Shown: positions 1 to 10,527 of the stretch, in pieces | How the letters are laid out: every line of letters begins with the position of its first letter | Numbering within the stretch: the stretch's first letter is position 1 | NCBI GenBank assembly: GCA_963828465.1 | Contig: CAWHEU010000018.1 | Coordinates: forward strand, 256,001 to 320,000 | Length of the DNA: 64,000 nt | From: an uncultured Acidobacteriota bacterium | GTDB lineage: Bacteria > Actinomycetota > Acidimicrobiia > Spongiisociales > ZC4RG35 | Direction of reading: 5' to 3' | Made by a program: the position numbers and the translations under genes | The notes under the pieces: model-generated | What the model was told of the DNA's origin: nothing | Databases searched by the model: none | What the model saw: only the letters and a program-made list of their open reading frames with translations

Positions 1-190
1 GTTGGGCGCCGAAGACGTAGGCCAGGGGTTTCTCCAGGACCGGCACCCCCTCCGCCAGCTCGGGTGCGATCTGGGCGAAAATCAATAGGAAGAAGGCGAG
101 CAACCCGACCAGGGCAGCCAGGATGATCACCATCATGTAGTAGAGCCGCCGGCGGCTCAGCTTCAGATACTCGGCATGAAGGAGACTCAT
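1..190 (-). CDS. ABC transporter permease (N-terminal part; runs off window)
   Basis: Manual translation from ATG at 190: MSLLHAEYLKLSRRRLYYMMVIILAALVGLLAFFLLIF..., a typical ABC-2 permease start (AExxKL then TM helix); ATGA overlap with the stop of the upstream ATPase. Confidence 0.8.
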   Translation of the reverse strand, partial: MSLLHAEYLKLSRRRLYYMMVIILAALVGLLAFFLLIFAQIAPELAEGVPVLEKPLAYVFGAQ

Positions 191-1086
191 TGGTCCACCT
201 CACCGGTCATACCGAGGAACACAGACTCCAGGGTCGACCGAGCCGGCCTGATCTCCTTGGGATAGATGCCCGCCTCGGCCAGCACCCTGACCACCCGGCT
301 CCCGTCGTTCTCGTCGACCATCAGCCCACCGCCGTCTTGCCTCACGGCGATGCCGGCGGCCGAAAGGGCTGCCATGGCGGCAGCCGCTCCGTCGGTGACA
401 ACCCTTGTCGCGCCACCAGAAAGCATCTCCTCCAGAGGTCCTTCTGTGACCAGCTTCCCGCGGTTGAGGACCACCACGTAGTCGGCCAGGGCCTCGATAT
501 CCGCCAGGTCATGGCTCGAGACGACGACGGTCTGGCCGCTGTCGGCGATCTCACGGAGTCGTGCCCGGAAAGCCATCTGCCCGGCAGGATCGAGACCGTC
601 GAGGGGCTCATCGAGTAGCAGTAGCTGAGGATCTCCGATCAGCGCAGCGCCTAGAGCGAGACGCTGTCGCATCCCCTTCGAGTACTCGTCGATCTTGCGC
701 CCGGCGTCTGCCTGCAGGCCGACGAATTCGAGCATCTCGTCGATGCGGTCATGGCCGAAGCCCAGTTGGTCGGCCGCCACCTGGAGGTTGACCCGCCCAG
801 TGAGCGCCCGGATCAGACCCGGCTCCTCGATGATGGCCCCGATCTTCTTCGTCACCTCCATCAGGCCACGTGGGATCTCCTGACCGAGGACGACGATGCT
901 CCCGGCGTCGGTCCTCGTGAGACCCAGGAGCGACCGGAAGAGGGTCGTCTTGCCCGCCCCGTTGGGCCCGAGCAGCCCCGTTATCGCTCCCGATGGAACC
1001 ACGCAACCGAAACCATCGAGCGCGGTGGTCGACTTGTAACGCTTGACCAGGCCCTCGATCTTTATCGCGGGATCGGCGAGGTTCAC
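187..1086 (-). CDS. ABC transporter ATP-binding protein
   Basis: Walker A GPNGAGKT, signature YSKGMRQR, Walker B LLLLDEP, H-loop SSH. Confidence 0.95.
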   Translation of the reverse strand: MNLADPAIKIEGLVKRYKSTTALDGFGCVVPSGAITGLLGPNGAGKTTLFRSLLGLTRTDAGSIVVLGQEIPRGLMEVTKKIGAIIEEPGLIRALTGRVNLQVAADQLGFGHDRIDEMLEFVGLQADAGRKIDEYSKGMRQRLALGAALIGDPQLLLLDEPLDGLDPAGQMAFRARLREIADSGQTVVVSSHDLADIEALADYVVVLNRGKLVTEGPLEEMLSGGATRVVTDGAAAAMAALSAAGIAVRQDGGGLMVDENDGSRVVRVLAEAGIYPKEIRPARSTLESVFLGMTGEVDQ

Positions 1087-1119
1087 GTGACGCGGTGATC
1101 GAGCGACATGGCCGGGCAG

Positions 1120-1444
1120 TCAACCACAGCCTGGAACCCAGTGAATCACCACGTCATCGGGCCTGATCCGCACACCGAGGAAGTCGACTCGAGAAGCACC
1201 TGCCGCCGCTGCCAGACGTGTGACGTGTCTTCGCTTGCCCGGGCCGATGGCATCGATGGGGTCTCGATCGGAGGTGATGGCCCTCACCTCGACAACAACT
1301 CGTTGTCCCCCATCCAGGGCGAGGAGGTCGAGCTCACCGCGACCGACCTTGACATTGCGGCCGACGACATCGAGCCCATGGCCGGTCAGGAATCTGGCAG
1401 GCGATTCGCTCGCCTATCGCCCCCACCACCACCCGATCGGTCAG
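1120..1444 (-). CDS. yraN: YraN/UPF0102 family protein (one +1 frameshift near 1400; not in ORF track)
   Basis: Two frames join to give ...GAIGERIA/ARFLTGHGLDVVGRNVKVGRGELDLLALDGGQRVVVEVR...RVDFLGV...; G-x-x-GE, RN, GELDL and VEV[K/R] motifs; usual position after DUF2469. Confidence 0.8.
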
Positions 1445-1737
1445 ATCGAGATCTCTTGCTTCTCCAGCTCTTCGACGTTCACGTCGCGGAATGTCATGAC
1501 CTTGACCTGCTCCAGGAACCGGGCCGGTCGGTACATGTCCCATACCCATGCGTCTTTCATCTCGACCTCGAAGAAAACCGATCCGTTGGCCTCGCGCACT
1601 TGGAGGTCAACATGATTTGCGAGGTAGAAGCGGCGCTCGGTCTCCACGACATACCGGAACATCGGAAGGACGTCGTGATACTCCTTGTAGAGCTTGAGCT
1701 CAACCTCGGATTCGTACCGCTCCAGGTCTTCTTCCAT
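1441..1737 (-). CDS. DUF2469 family protein
   Basis: EDLERYESEVELKLYKEY...YVVETERRFYLAN...DAWVWDMYRPARF, the actinobacterial conserved protein found between lepB/rnhB and yraN. Confidence 0.9.
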   Translation of the reverse strand: MEEDLERYESEVELKLYKEYHDVLPMFRYVVETERRFYLANHVDLQVREANGSVFFEVEMKDAWVWDMYRPARFLEQVKVMTFRDVNVEELEKQEISI

Positions 1738-1816
1738 GCTCTCCTCTTCACACAGGCCGACAAAAGATCATATGCACGGCTCGTTACTTAACGGCGAATA
1801 ATCCGGTGTGACGTTT

Positions 1817-2452
1817 TCAGAGACCGCCGATGTGTGAAATAGGCCAGATGGTGACAAAGGCCTTCCCGATCAGGTCCTCGAGCGGTATGGGGCCGAATCG
1901 CCTGCTATCGAAGGACGCGTCGCGGTTGTCGCCCATCACGAATACCTCGTCGTCGGCGACGATGACGGCGGGCTCGTCGGGCATGAAGACCTCGGGCAGA
2001 TAGGGCTCGTCGAGCGGAGTCCCGTCCACCACGATCTGGTTGTTCGTCACCGCGATCGTCTCGCCGGGCAGACCGATCACCCGTTTGATCAGATCCTCGT
2101 GACCCCGCGTGCGAATGCCGACCGCCTCCAGGACGGACCGGATCACAGCTTCGGGTATCGACTCCTCGACTTCCTCTTCCCGAGGGTCACGGAAGACGAC
2201 GATGTCGCCACGCTGCGGCTCACCCCATTGATAAGCCAGCTTGTTCACCATGACCCGGTCGTTGACCTCGATGGTGGGAAGCATCGACTCCGACGGAATC
2301 CAGAACGGCTGTATCAGGAAGGTCTTGATGATGACCGCAATGGTCAGGGCGGTCAGGAGCAATCCGGGCAACTCGGCGAGGAACGAACGCCGGCGTTTCG
2401 GCGTCTCGGGAACCGTCTCCTCGTCGATGGGGCTCGTGTCGTGCGAGATCAG
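1817..2452 (-). CDS. lepB: Signal peptidase I (start uncertain: CTG 2452 or TTG 2371)
   Basis: IPSESMLPT (catalytic Ser), [10 protein letters not shown] (catalytic Lys), [11 protein letters not shown]; N-terminal TM; follows rplS. Confidence 0.93.
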   Translation of the reverse strand: MISHDTSPIDEETVPETPKRRRSFLAELPGLLLTALTIAVIIKTFLIQPFWIPSESMLPTIEVNDRVMVNKLAYQWGEPQRGDIVVFRDPREEEVEESIPEAVIRSVLEAVGIRTRGHEDLIKRVIGLPGETIAVTNNQIVVDGTPLDEPYLPEVFMPDEPAVIVADDEVFVMGDNRDASFDSRRFGPIPLEDLIGKAFVTIWPISHIGGL

Positions 2453-2793
2453 TCGCGAAGCTCCTTGATGCGGGCCGACTTTCCGACCCGATCGCGCAGG
2501 TAGTAGAGCTTGGAACGACGGACATCGCCACGGCGGACGACCTCGATCTTGGAGATGATCGGGGCATGAACCGGGAAAACCCGCTCGACGCCGACCCCGA
2601 AACTCAACTTGCGGACGGTGAAGGAGGCCCGTGCCCCCGCCCGGTTCCGGGCGATGACAAGGCCCTCGAAGATCTGGACGCGCTCTCTGCCCCCTTCGAC
2701 CACGCGGACGTGCACTTTGACGGTGTCGCCGGCCCGGAAATCGGGGATATCGTCGCGGACGTGCGCGCTCTCAACTACGTGAAGATCGTTCAT
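2449..2793 (-). CDS. rplS: 50S ribosomal protein L19
   Basis: [51 protein letters not shown]. Confidence 0.98.
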   Translation of the reverse strand: MNDLHVVESAHVRDDIPDFRAGDTVKVHVRVVEGGRERVQIFEGLVIARNRAGARASFTVRKLSFGVGVERVFPVHAPIISKIEVVRRGDVRRSKLYYLRDRVGKSARIKELRD

Positions 2794-2850
2794 GGAGGAC
2801 TCCTAGAGGCGCCGGGAGTAGCTCAGTAGTCCCGGCCGGGGCGAATTGTA

Positions 2851-3534
2851 TCAGTTCTCTGAACTCTCGCCATCCGGCAGCAGGTCAGGTCGGCGCTCCC
2901 TCGTGCGCCGCACCCGTTGCTCCCTTCTCCACTCCTCGATGACAGCGTGATTGCCGGAGAGGAGCACCTCGGGCACCTCCCATCCCTTGAAGTCGGCGGG
3001 CCTGGTGTACACCGGCTCCTCGAGCAAACCATCCCGGAAAGACTCGCTTTCAGTCGAATCGGGATTGCCCACGACGCCGGGGAGCAACCGGGCAATTCCC
3101 TCGATGGCGAGCGCCGCGGCCACCTCGCCACCGGCAACGACGAAGTCGCCTAAGGAGGTCTCCTCGTCGATGTAGTTGTCGACCACCCGCTGGTCGACTC
3201 CTTCGAAGCGACCGCACACAAACGTGATCTCGGGCATCTCCGCCCAGTGGTCAAAGGTGGACTGTGTGAGCGGCTCTCCAGCCGGAGTGAACAGGACGCG
3301 GTGGGTGCCGGCCAGTGGCTCCAAGGCGGCCGCCAACGGCTCAACCATCATCACCATCCCCGGCCCGCCACCGAAAGGGGCGTCGTCCAGTTGGCGATGC
3401 CGGCCCATGCCGTGCTCGCGCAGGTCGAGCAGGACCACTTCGAGCATCCCGGCCTCGATGCCTCGGGCCACGATCGAGACGCCGAGCGGGCCTACGAAGA
3501 AGCCGGGGAACATGGTCACGACGTTGATCCGCAC
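2851..3534 (-). CDS. trmD: tRNA (guanine37-N1)-methyltransferase
   Basis: DDAPFGGGPGMVM, CGRFEGVDQR, SLGDFVVAGGE, YTRP, VPEVLLSGNH; start placed at GTG 3534 (VRINVVTMFP), with TAGCCT 7 nt upstream. Confidence 0.97.
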   Translation of the reverse strand: MRINVVTMFPGFFVGPLGVSIVARGIEAGMLEVVLLDLREHGMGRHRQLDDAPFGGGPGMVMMVEPLAAALEPLAGTHRVLFTPAGEPLTQSTFDHWAEMPEITFVCGRFEGVDQRVVDNYIDEETSLGDFVVAGGEVAAALAIEGIARLLPGVVGNPDSTESESFRDGLLEEPVYTRPADFKGWEVPEVLLSGNHAVIEEWRREQRVRRTRERRPDLLPDGESSEN

Positions 3535-3639
3535 CGCGGGAAGGCTAGAGCGGGGCAGCATGGCCGATATCCTCGGTTCCCGGCGATTCCCCCGGCTCAT
3601 CCGGAGAGTTGACATGTCCATCGACCAAGCACCGACAAC

Positions 3640-5133
3640 ATGACGCTCGATCATCTGCCGGTCGAGAGTGTCCTGCTCGTCGCGGCCGGGCTCATGGTCA
3701 TCGGAGTCCTAATAGTCGGAGCTTCCGACCGGCTCAGAGTGCCCGCCGCCCTTCTCTCGCTCGGGATCGGCATCCTCTTCGGAAGCGACGTCCTCGGGTT
3801 GGTCGAAGTCAGCGACATGGCGATGGTCAGAGACATCAGCGTCATCGCCCTCATGATCATCCTGTTCGAGGGCGGCCTCACCACCAAGCCGTCCGTCTTG
3901 CGAGAGTCGGGCGTCCCGGGTTTCGTCCTCGCCAACGTCGGCGTCCTTGTCACAGCCGGGGTGGTCGCTACGGGCTGGCAGCTTCTCTTCGACACCGGAT
4001 GGGAGACGGCCCTCATCATCGGGGCGGTCGTGGCCTCAACCGACGCGGCGGTCGTGTTCGACGTCGTGCGAAGGACGCCCATCCCGAAGCGGCTGGCCGG
4101 CATCCTCGAGATCGAGTCGGGTGTCAACGACCCCTTCGCGATCCTCCTCACCATCGGGCTCATCGAGGTCACCAGGTCGAGTCCCGGTATCGAGGACTGG
4201 CTGGTGTTCGGAGCCAGACAGCTGTTCGGGGGTATCGCCGTGGGCCTGCTTGGGGGCTGGATCGGCAGCCGGCTGCTACGGCTCCGCCTGAGGTCCTCGG
4301 GCCTCTATCCGCTGTTGGCCCTGGCCATGGCCGGGCTCACCTTCGCCGTGGCCTCCTACGTCGGAAGCTCGGGGTTCCTGGCGGTCTACATCTGCGGGCT
4401 CATGATCGGCGCCCTCGCCCCCCGCCACCGCCGGGTGGTGCGAAGCTTTCACGCCAGTCTGGCCAATGGGGCTGACATCGCCCTCTTCCTCCTGCTGGGT
4501 CTGCTCGTCTTCCCGGCCGAGCTACCGGGGGTCGCGATCCCGGCGTTGGCGGTGACTGCAATCCTGTTGCTGGTCGGGAGACCGCTATCCGTGGTCCTCG
4601 CCATGCTCCCCTTCCGGTTGTCATGGAAGGAGATGACGTTCCTCTCCTGGGCCGGTCTGCGTGGCGCACTGCCGATCGTCCTCGCCACGTTCCCGGCCAC
4701 CGCCGGGGTCGCCGCCGGTGGAACCATCTTCAACCTGGTGTTCTTCGTGGTGGTTGTGTCGGCTCTCCTCCAGGGGACGACGATTGGGCCGCTGGCCAAG
4801 CGCCTCGGTCTCGTCGTCGATCGGCCCGCTTGGCAATCCATCGCAGAGGCGGTGGAGCTGGAGGACGTGGACGTCGATCTCATCGAGATCGAGGTGACCG
4901 ACGACCTCGCCCTCGTCGGCACGAGGCTGAGCGAGAACCCGCCGCCCGAGGGGATGCTGATCACGACGATGATCCGCGATCACAAGGCGGCCATCCCCAC
5001 CCCGGACACCGTGTTCGCTTCGGGGGACGTCCTCATGGTGGCGGTGAACAGTGGGCACGACCGGGTGAGAGAGGTGACGGCGTGGGCCAGGGGAGAAACC
5101 CGAGCGCCTGACGGCACCGGATCGGCTAGTTGA
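3640..5133 (+). CDS. Potassium/proton antiporter (CPA1, CvrA/NhaP2-like) with C-terminal TrkA-C domain
   Basis: ILFEGGL, STDAAVVF, ESGVNDP, WAGLRGALPIVLA motifs; many TM helices; soluble C-terminal domain. Confidence 0.9.
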   Translation: MTLDHLPVESVLLVAAGLMVIGVLIVGASDRLRVPAALLSLGIGILFGSDVLGLVEVSDMAMVRDISVIALMIILFEGGLTTKPSVLRESGVPGFVLANVGVLVTAGVVATGWQLLFDTGWETALIIGAVVASTDAAVVFDVVRRTPIPKRLAGILEIESGVNDPFAILLTIGLIEVTRSSPGIEDWLVFGARQLFGGIAVGLLGGWIGSRLLRLRLRSSGLYPLLALAMAGLTFAVASYVGSSGFLAVYICGLMIGALAPRHRRVVRSFHASLANGADIALFLLLGLLVFPAELPGVAIPALAVTAILLLVGRPLSVVLAMLPFRLSWKEMTFLSWAGLRGALPIVLATFPATAGVAAGGTIFNLVFFVVVVSALLQGTTIGPLAKRLGLVVDRPAWQSIAEAVELEDVDVDLIEIEVTDDLALVGTRLSENPPPEGMLITTMIRDHKAAIPTPDTVFASGDVLMVAVNSGHDRVREVTAWARGETRAPDGTGSAS

Positions 5134-6289
5134 GGCGCTCCACGATCATCGCCATCCCCTGACCGCCGCCCACACACATCGTCTCGAGGCCGATGGTCTT
5201 GTCGAGGGTCTGGAGGTCGTTGATCAAGGTCCCCATGATGCGGGCGCCGGTCATCCCGAACGGGTGGCCAAGTGCGATCGCACCACCGTGAGGGTTCAGC
5301 CGATCGATGTCGATGCCCAGCTGGTCGACGCTGGCCAGGACCTGGGCAGCGAACGCCTCGTTCATCTCTATGACGTCGATGTCCTCGAGTTCCATGGTGG
5401 CCTGTGCAAGGACGGCTCTCACCGCAGCGACCGGGCCCATCCCCATGTATTCCGGCTCGAGGCCAACGACAGACGAGGCGATGATCCGGGCCATCGGCTG
5501 CAGCCCCAACTCCGACGCCCTGTTCCCGGACAGGACCAGGACCGCCGCCGACCCGTCGTTGAGCGGGCAGGAGTTGCCTGCGGTCACCGTGCCGTCGGGC
5601 TTGAACACGGGTGGAAGCTCGCCGAGCTTCTCGATGGTGGTATTCGGGCGCGGCCCGTCGTCGGCGGCGATGGTCCGACCGTCAGGCACTTCGATCGGAG
5701 TGATCTCCCGGTCGAAGAAACCGTTCTTTTGTGCCTCGACCGCCCGATCCTGTGATCGCTTGGCGAACTCGTCCATGCGCTCCCGAGTGATCCCGTACCG
5801 CTCGGCGACGTTCTCGGCGGTGTTTCCCATGGGGATGTAGACCTGGTCGATGAAGTCGTCGCGGCTCTCGTCGGTGAAACGCGGGTTGAGGTCGTCGCTG
5901 TCGAACCCCTTTCCATAAGTTCGGGTCACCGAGTCGACGCCTCCGGCTACATAGGTGTCTCCTTCGCCCCGCTCGATGGCATGAAAGGCCATGCGGATCG
6001 TCTGCAACGACGAGGCGCAGAAACGATTGACAGTGGTGGCGGGGACACTCTCCGGCATCCCACCGAGGAGAGAGGCGGGGCGGGCCACGTTGAATCCCTG
6101 CTCGTGATGGGTGAGGGCGCACCCGACCATCACATCGGCTACCGAGGCTCGGTCCACCTCCGGAACCTTTGACATCAGGGCATCGATGGCGAAGCCCGCC
6201 AGGTCGTCGGCGCGGACGTCGATGAGTGATCCCTTGTATGCACGGCCGATCGGAGAGCGGGCGGTGGCGACGATCACTGCTTCGGACAT
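5126..6289 (-). CDS. Acetyl-CoA C-acyltransferase (thiolase)
   Basis: TVNRFCASSLQ, NEAFA, GGAIALGHPFG, TMCVGGGQG; ATG 6289 follows GGAGG. Confidence 0.96.
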   Translation of the reverse strand: MSEAVIVATARSPIGRAYKGSLIDVRADDLAGFAIDALMSKVPEVDRASVADVMVGCALTHHEQGFNVARPASLLGGMPESVPATTVNRFCASSLQTIRMAFHAIERGEGDTYVAGGVDSVTRTYGKGFDSDDLNPRFTDESRDDFIDQVYIPMGNTAENVAERYGITRERMDEFAKRSQDRAVEAQKNGFFDREITPIEVPDGRTIAADDGPRPNTTIEKLGELPPVFKPDGTVTAGNSCPLNDGSAAVLVLSGNRASELGLQPMARIIASSVVGLEPEYMGMGPVAAVRAVLAQATMELEDIDVIEMNEAFAAQVLASVDQLGIDIDRLNPHGGAIALGHPFGMTGARIMGTLINDLQTLDKTIGLETMCVGGGQGMAMIVERLN

Positions 6290-6347
6290 GGTTTCCTCCA
6301 GTCGAGGATTTTGATCACGCACTCAATTTAGTGGTCGATGGATCGTG

Positions 6348-6866
6348 TCAGCCCGGCTCGATCAACCCCGGGATCATGGTGATCTCGACACGTCGGCCGT
6401 CAATGTCGACCAGTGGGACCAACTCGTCCACGAATGGGATCTCGAACCTGGCCCCAGCCTCGGTGGCGATCACCAGCCGATCCTGCCCAGGCCCGAAGAC
6501 GACCCGCTCGATGACCCCGACCAGCTCGCCCGACTCGTCGAAGACGCTGAGACCCGTCAGGTCCTCAGGCCAGAACTCACCATCCCCGAGCGGCCGGCGC
6601 TCATCGACCGAGACAACGGAACCTCGGATCTCTTCCGCAGCCTCCCGGCTGCCGATCCCCTCGAAGGCAACCTGGAAACCGCGGTCGACGCGACGAACCG
6701 CCCGCACCATGTACGGACGGTCCTCCAAGTAGACGGTCGAACCGGGTTGGAGGCTGACGGTGTCCTCCTCGTCGACGTAGATCCCTAGATACCCATCGAG
6801 CCCGTGAGGCCGCCCCAGCCTCCCGATGACGAAGCGCTCGGGATCAGTCGAGGAACTCGACGCCAG
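6348..6866 (-). CDS. rimM: 16S rRNA processing protein RimM (start uncertain)
   Basis: IGRLGRPHGLDG, EFWPEDLTGLSV, EIPFVDELVP PRC-barrel pattern; follows khpA. Confidence 0.92.
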   Translation of the reverse strand: MASSSSTDPERFVIGRLGRPHGLDGYLGIYVDEEDTVSLQPGSTVYLEDRPYMVRAVRRVDRGFQVAFEGIGSREAAEEIRGSVVSVDERRPLGDGEFWPEDLTGLSVFDESGELVGVIERVVFGPGQDRLVIATEAGARFEIPFVDELVPLVDIDGRRVEITMIPGLIEPG

Positions 6867-7101
6867 CGTTGATGCCCTCTTCGTCCCCTGCGGCACCGGC
6901 GGCGGCACGGATCGCCTTGGCCACCCGGCCCCTTCGTCCGATGACACGGCCCATGTCGCCCTTGGCGGTGCGAACCTCGGCCACCACCTCGTCAGGCCCT
7001 TGCTCGACCATGGTCACGGAGACCTCGTCGGGCTCCTCCACGATGCTCTTGACCACATAGGTCACCACTCGCTCGACGATCTCGCCTTTGGCCAAGATCA
7101 C
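6844..7101 (-). CDS. khpA: KH-domain RNA-binding protein KhpA
   Basis: [17 protein letters not shown] (GxxG KH motif); lies between rpsP and rimM. Confidence 0.93.
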   Translation of the reverse strand: MILAKGEIVERVVTYVVKSIVEEPDEVSVTMVEQGPDEVVAEVRTAKGDMGRVIGRRGRVAKAIRAAAGAAGDEEGINAGVEFLD

Positions 7102-7565
7102 TCCTCCTCGTTGGACGTGTCGGCTGCTATCTCCTCGGCAACCGGCTCGTCGGCAGCCGGTGTCTCGGTGACAGCTTCGTCGGCAGGCGCCGGCGTCTCG
7201 GCGACCGGCTCATCCACCGCGACAGGAGCCGGAGCGGGCTCGGCAACTCCACTGGCGGCCTCCTCGGCCGCGGTGGGCGTGGAGCCGACGGTGTGGATCT
7301 GTCCGGTGCGGACCTTCATCGTGTTCATCGCACCGGAGATGTTGAGGAGCTTCTCGACTGCCTCGGTGGGCTGGGCGCCCTTCGAGAGCCACGAGGCGGC
7401 CTTCTCGTTGTCGATCTCGACGAGCGACGGGTCTTGCTGCGGGTCATAGCGCCCGATCTGCTCGATGTAGCGGCCATCCCGCGGCGCACGGCCGTCGACC
7501 ACCACCACGCGATACGAAGGGGTCTTCTTCTTCCCCATCCGCATCAATCTCATCTTCACGGCCAT
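7098..7565 (-). CDS. rpsP: 30S ribosomal protein S16 with acidic low-complexity C-terminal extension
   Basis: [42 protein letters not shown]...WLSKGAQPT. Confidence 0.98.
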   Translation of the reverse strand: MAVKMRLMRMGKKKTPSYRVVVVDGRAPRDGRYIEQIGRYDPQQDPSLVEIDNEKAASWLSKGAQPTEAVEKLLNISGAMNTMKVRTGQIHTVGSTPTAAEEAASGVAEPAPAPVAVDEPVAETPAPADEAVTETPAADEPVAEEIAADTSNEEE

Positions 7566-7569
7566 CGAT

Positions 7570-8904
7570 TCACCTCTTCGTTCGCTGCGCCGGGAAGAGA
7601 CCCTGCAACGAGGGAGCCCCTTTGCCGCCGGCCAGCATCTTCATCATCTTCTGCGCGTCGACGAACTGCTTGAGCACCCGATTCACGTCCTGGGGCCTGG
7701 TGCCCGAACCGGACGCGATGCGGCGCTTTCGGCTGCCACCGATGAGCTTTGGGTTCCGGCGCTCTTCTGGAGTCATCGACTGAATGATCGCCTCGACGCG
7801 ACGCAGGTCACGGTCGTCGACATCCACCTCGCGCACGAGCGAACCGGAGCCCGGGATCATAGCAAGGATGTCCTTCAGAGGCCCCATTCGCTTCATCGCT
7901 TGAAACTGGGCGAGAAAGTCTTCGAGGGTGAATTCGCCCTTCTGCAGCTTCTTCGCTGTTTTCTCTGCTTCGGCCTCGTCGAAGGTCGCCTCGGCCTTCT
8001 CGATGAGGCCCATCACGTCGCCCATGCCCAGGATCCGGGAGGCCATGCGGTCGGGATAGAACGGCTCGAGGTCGTCGAGGCCCTCGCCCACGCCGGCAAA
8101 CTTCACCGGCGCCCCGGTCACTTCGCGCACCGAGATCGCGGCCCCACCACGGGCGTCTCCGTCGAGCTTGGAGAGGACGACACCGGTGAGCCCGACACGC
8201 TCCTGGAACCCCGAAGCGACGTTGACTGCATCCTGGCCGGTCATGGCATCCACGACGAGGAGCACCTCGTCGGGGTCGGCCGCCTTGCGGACATCGTCCA
8301 ATTCGCTCATGAGTTGTTGGTCGATCTGCAGACGGCCTGCAGTGTCGACGATCACGACGTCCCTACCAGACCGCGTCGCTTCCTTCATGGCGGCCTTGAC
8401 CAGACGGGCGGGCTTGCCCTTGCGGTCGACGAAAACGGGGACGTCGATGCGGCCGCCGAGGGTCTCGAGTTGATCGATCGCCGCCGGTCGCTGCAGGTCG
8501 GCCGCCACCAGCAAGGGCTTCTTGCCCTGGCTCTGGAGGAGACGGGCCAGCTTGCCTGCGGTGGTGGTCTTTCCCGAGCCCTGGAGCCCGACCATCAGGA
8601 TGGTCAGCGGCGGGGCCGTCTTCTTCAGCGGCACCGCTTCCGACCCGAGGGTGGTGACAAGTTCCTCGTGGACGATCTTGATCACCTGTTGGCCGGGTGA
8701 CAGCGATTTGGAGACATCTTCCCCCATGGCCCGTTCCTTGACCCGAGCCAGGAAGTCCTTCACCACCTTGACGTTCACGTCCGCTTCGAGCAGGGCGAGA
8801 CGGACCTCGCGCAAAGCGGCGTCGATGTCCTTCTCGGAGAGGCGCCCTTTGCCTCGCAGCGAGGCGAAGACGTCCTCGAACCGTTGGGTCAGGCTGTCGA
8901 ACAT
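7570..8904 (-). CDS. ffh: Signal recognition particle protein Ffh
   Basis: [25 protein letters not shown], Met-rich M domain ([14 protein letters not shown]). Confidence 0.98.
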   Translation of the reverse strand: MFDSLTQRFEDVFASLRGKGRLSEKDIDAALREVRLALLEADVNVKVVKDFLARVKERAMGEDVSKSLSPGQQVIKIVHEELVTTLGSEAVPLKKTAPPLTILMVGLQGSGKTTTAGKLARLLQSQGKKPLLVAADLQRPAAIDQLETLGGRIDVPVFVDRKGKPARLVKAAMKEATRSGRDVVIVDTAGRLQIDQQLMSELDDVRKAADPDEVLLVVDAMTGQDAVNVASGFQERVGLTGVVLSKLDGDARGGAAISVREVTGAPVKFAGVGEGLDDLEPFYPDRMASRILGMGDVMGLIEKAEATFDEAEAEKTAKKLQKGEFTLEDFLAQFQAMKRMGPLKDILAMIPGSGSLVREVDVDDRDLRRVEAIIQSMTPEERRNPKLIGGSRKRRIASGSGTRPQDVNRVLKQFVDAQKMMKMLAGGKGAPSLQGLFPAQRTKR

Positions 8905-8934
8905 GTCCCGGGAACGGTAGGTGGCGAGTGACCG

Positions 8935-10527
8935 CTAGGTCATGTCGCGTCGGCGGAAACCGACCAGACCAGCGGCGACCAGAGCGCCGGCTACGACGAG
9001 GAGGACCGCCAGGGGCAGCACCTCGATGTCATCGCCGAACACCGGGATATGTGTGAACGGGGACAGGTTCAGACTCCACTGCGGGAAACGAAGGATCTGG
9101 CCCAGCTGACCCAGGATCAGGCACGCCACCAGCACCCCCCAGCTCAGGCCCACCCTTTTGGGAGCGAGGCCGTACAAGGCCATGGCGGTGCCGGTCAGGA
9201 TCCAGACCGCCGGGAGTTGAAGCATCGCCGCGCCGAGCACCCGCATGGCCTGGTCGGCGACATCGCCGACGATCGCCCCGTAGGTCGCACCGGCTACCAA
9301 CCCGGCGACCGCAAGGATCAGCACCGGCACTGCCAATCCGAAAATCAAATGGCTCCAGGCAAATCGAGAACGCGGTGTCGCCGTTGCGAGCACCCATTCG
9401 GCGCGCATGGCTTCCTCTTCCACATCGAGACGAAGAACGGCTCGAATGGCGTAGGCGGACGTGATGAGGGCGATGATCCCTACGACCGTGGAGAAGAAGA
9501 TGTCGGTCAGCCCCTGTGCACCACCCATTTGCTCGAAGATCTCCTGCAATTGAGGATTGCCCTCGAGCATCCCTTGAATGCTGTCTCCTGCGGTCCCATA
9601 GACCGCCCCGAGCACGGCCAGCCCGATAGTCCAGCCCATCACCGAGCCGCGGTGCAGACGCCACGCCAACCCGAGCGGGCTGCTCAATCCCGGTGCCGCA
9701 TCGGCAGGCCCGGGCCGGGGTGGGAGGGCACCGGCCCCGACGTCCCGTCTGGAGGCGACCAGTGCGGCTGTCGTGATGAAGAGAGCGGAAAGGCCTAACC
9801 AGAGCAGAAACACCCACCACGCTTCGCCGGCGAAGGGCCGCATACGGCTGAACCATCCGATCGGAGAGAGCCACGCCACCCATTCCGTCGCCTCTCCACC
9901 CGAGTCGCCTGCCATTCGGAGGAGAAAGGTGACGCCGGCGATGCCGACGCCGATCCCGCGCGCCGTCGAGGACGCCTCGGTCAGCTGTGCGGCGACGGCG
10001 CCGACCCCGGCAAAGACCGCGGCGACACCGGCGTAGCCCAGCCCGAAGGCGAATGATCCGGCCAGTGGAAGCCCCACTCCGGCCAATCCTGCAGTGAGCA
10101 GCCCCGCCACCAGAAGACCCGCACCGATGGTCACAGCCAACGCAGCCACCAACGGAGCGTGACGTCCGACCACGGTGGCCCCCAGCAACTCACGCCTGCC
10201 GGTCTCCTCCTCCTCCCGGGTGTGCCGGATCATGGTCAGGATCGCCATCAGTGCCACGAAGAACGCACCCAGGGTGCCGGCACGCCAGGCGGTGAGGCCC
10301 CCGATGCTCGAGTCGTACAGCGGTCCGAGAAGTGCCGTCAGTGCCGGGCTGGACGCAACTGTCGCCGCCAGCGACTCGCGTGAGGCCAGGTCGGGGTACA
10401 GGTCGATGAATGCAGTTGCCGTAAAGACGGGGACGATTACGAGGACTACCACCCAGATGCCGAGGCGGAGTCGCTCCCGGCGGAGGATGAGCCGGATGAG
10501 CTTCCCCGTCCCTGCCAGGGTGGTCAC
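8935..10527 (-). CDS. ABC exporter permease (actinobacterial antibiotic/polyketide-exporter type, duplicated TM domain)
   Basis: [44 protein letters not shown]; about 12 TM helices. Confidence 0.85.
   Translation of the reverse strand: MTTLAGTGKLIRLILRRERLRLGIWVVVLVIVPVFTATAFIDLYPDLASRESLAATVASSPALTALLGPLYDSSIGGLTAWRAGTLGAFFVALMAILTMIRHTREEEETGRRELLGATVVGRHAPLVAALAVTIGAGLLVAGLLTAGLAGVGLPLAGSFAFGLGYAGVAAVFAGVGAVAAQLTEASSTARGIGVGIAGVTFLLRMAGDSGGEATEWVAWLSPIGWFSRMRPFAGEAWWVFLLWLGLSALFITTAALVASRRDVGAGALPPRPGPADAAPGLSSPLGLAWRLHRGSVMGWTIGLAVLGAVYGTAGDSIQGMLEGNPQLQEIFEQMGGAQGLTDIFFSTVVGIIALITSAYAIRAVLRLDVEEEAMRAEWVLATATPRSRFAWSHLIFGLAVPVLILAVAGLVAGATYGAIVGDVADQAMRVLGAAMLQLPAVWILTGTAMALYGLAPKRVGLSWGVLVACLILGQLGQILRFPQWSLNLSPFTHIPVFGDDIEVLPLAVLLVVAGALVAAGLVGFRRRDMT

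Noticed and set aside
2811-2850. tRNA-like start GCCGGGAGTAGCTCAGT
   Set aside because: No anticodon arm, T-arm (GTTCGA) or acceptor stem follows; it is a simple hairpin in the rplS leader
7100-7290. Repetitive DEPVAETPA-like tail of S16
   Set aside because: Acidic low-complexity S16 extensions are common in Actinomycetota; not a DNA repeat element
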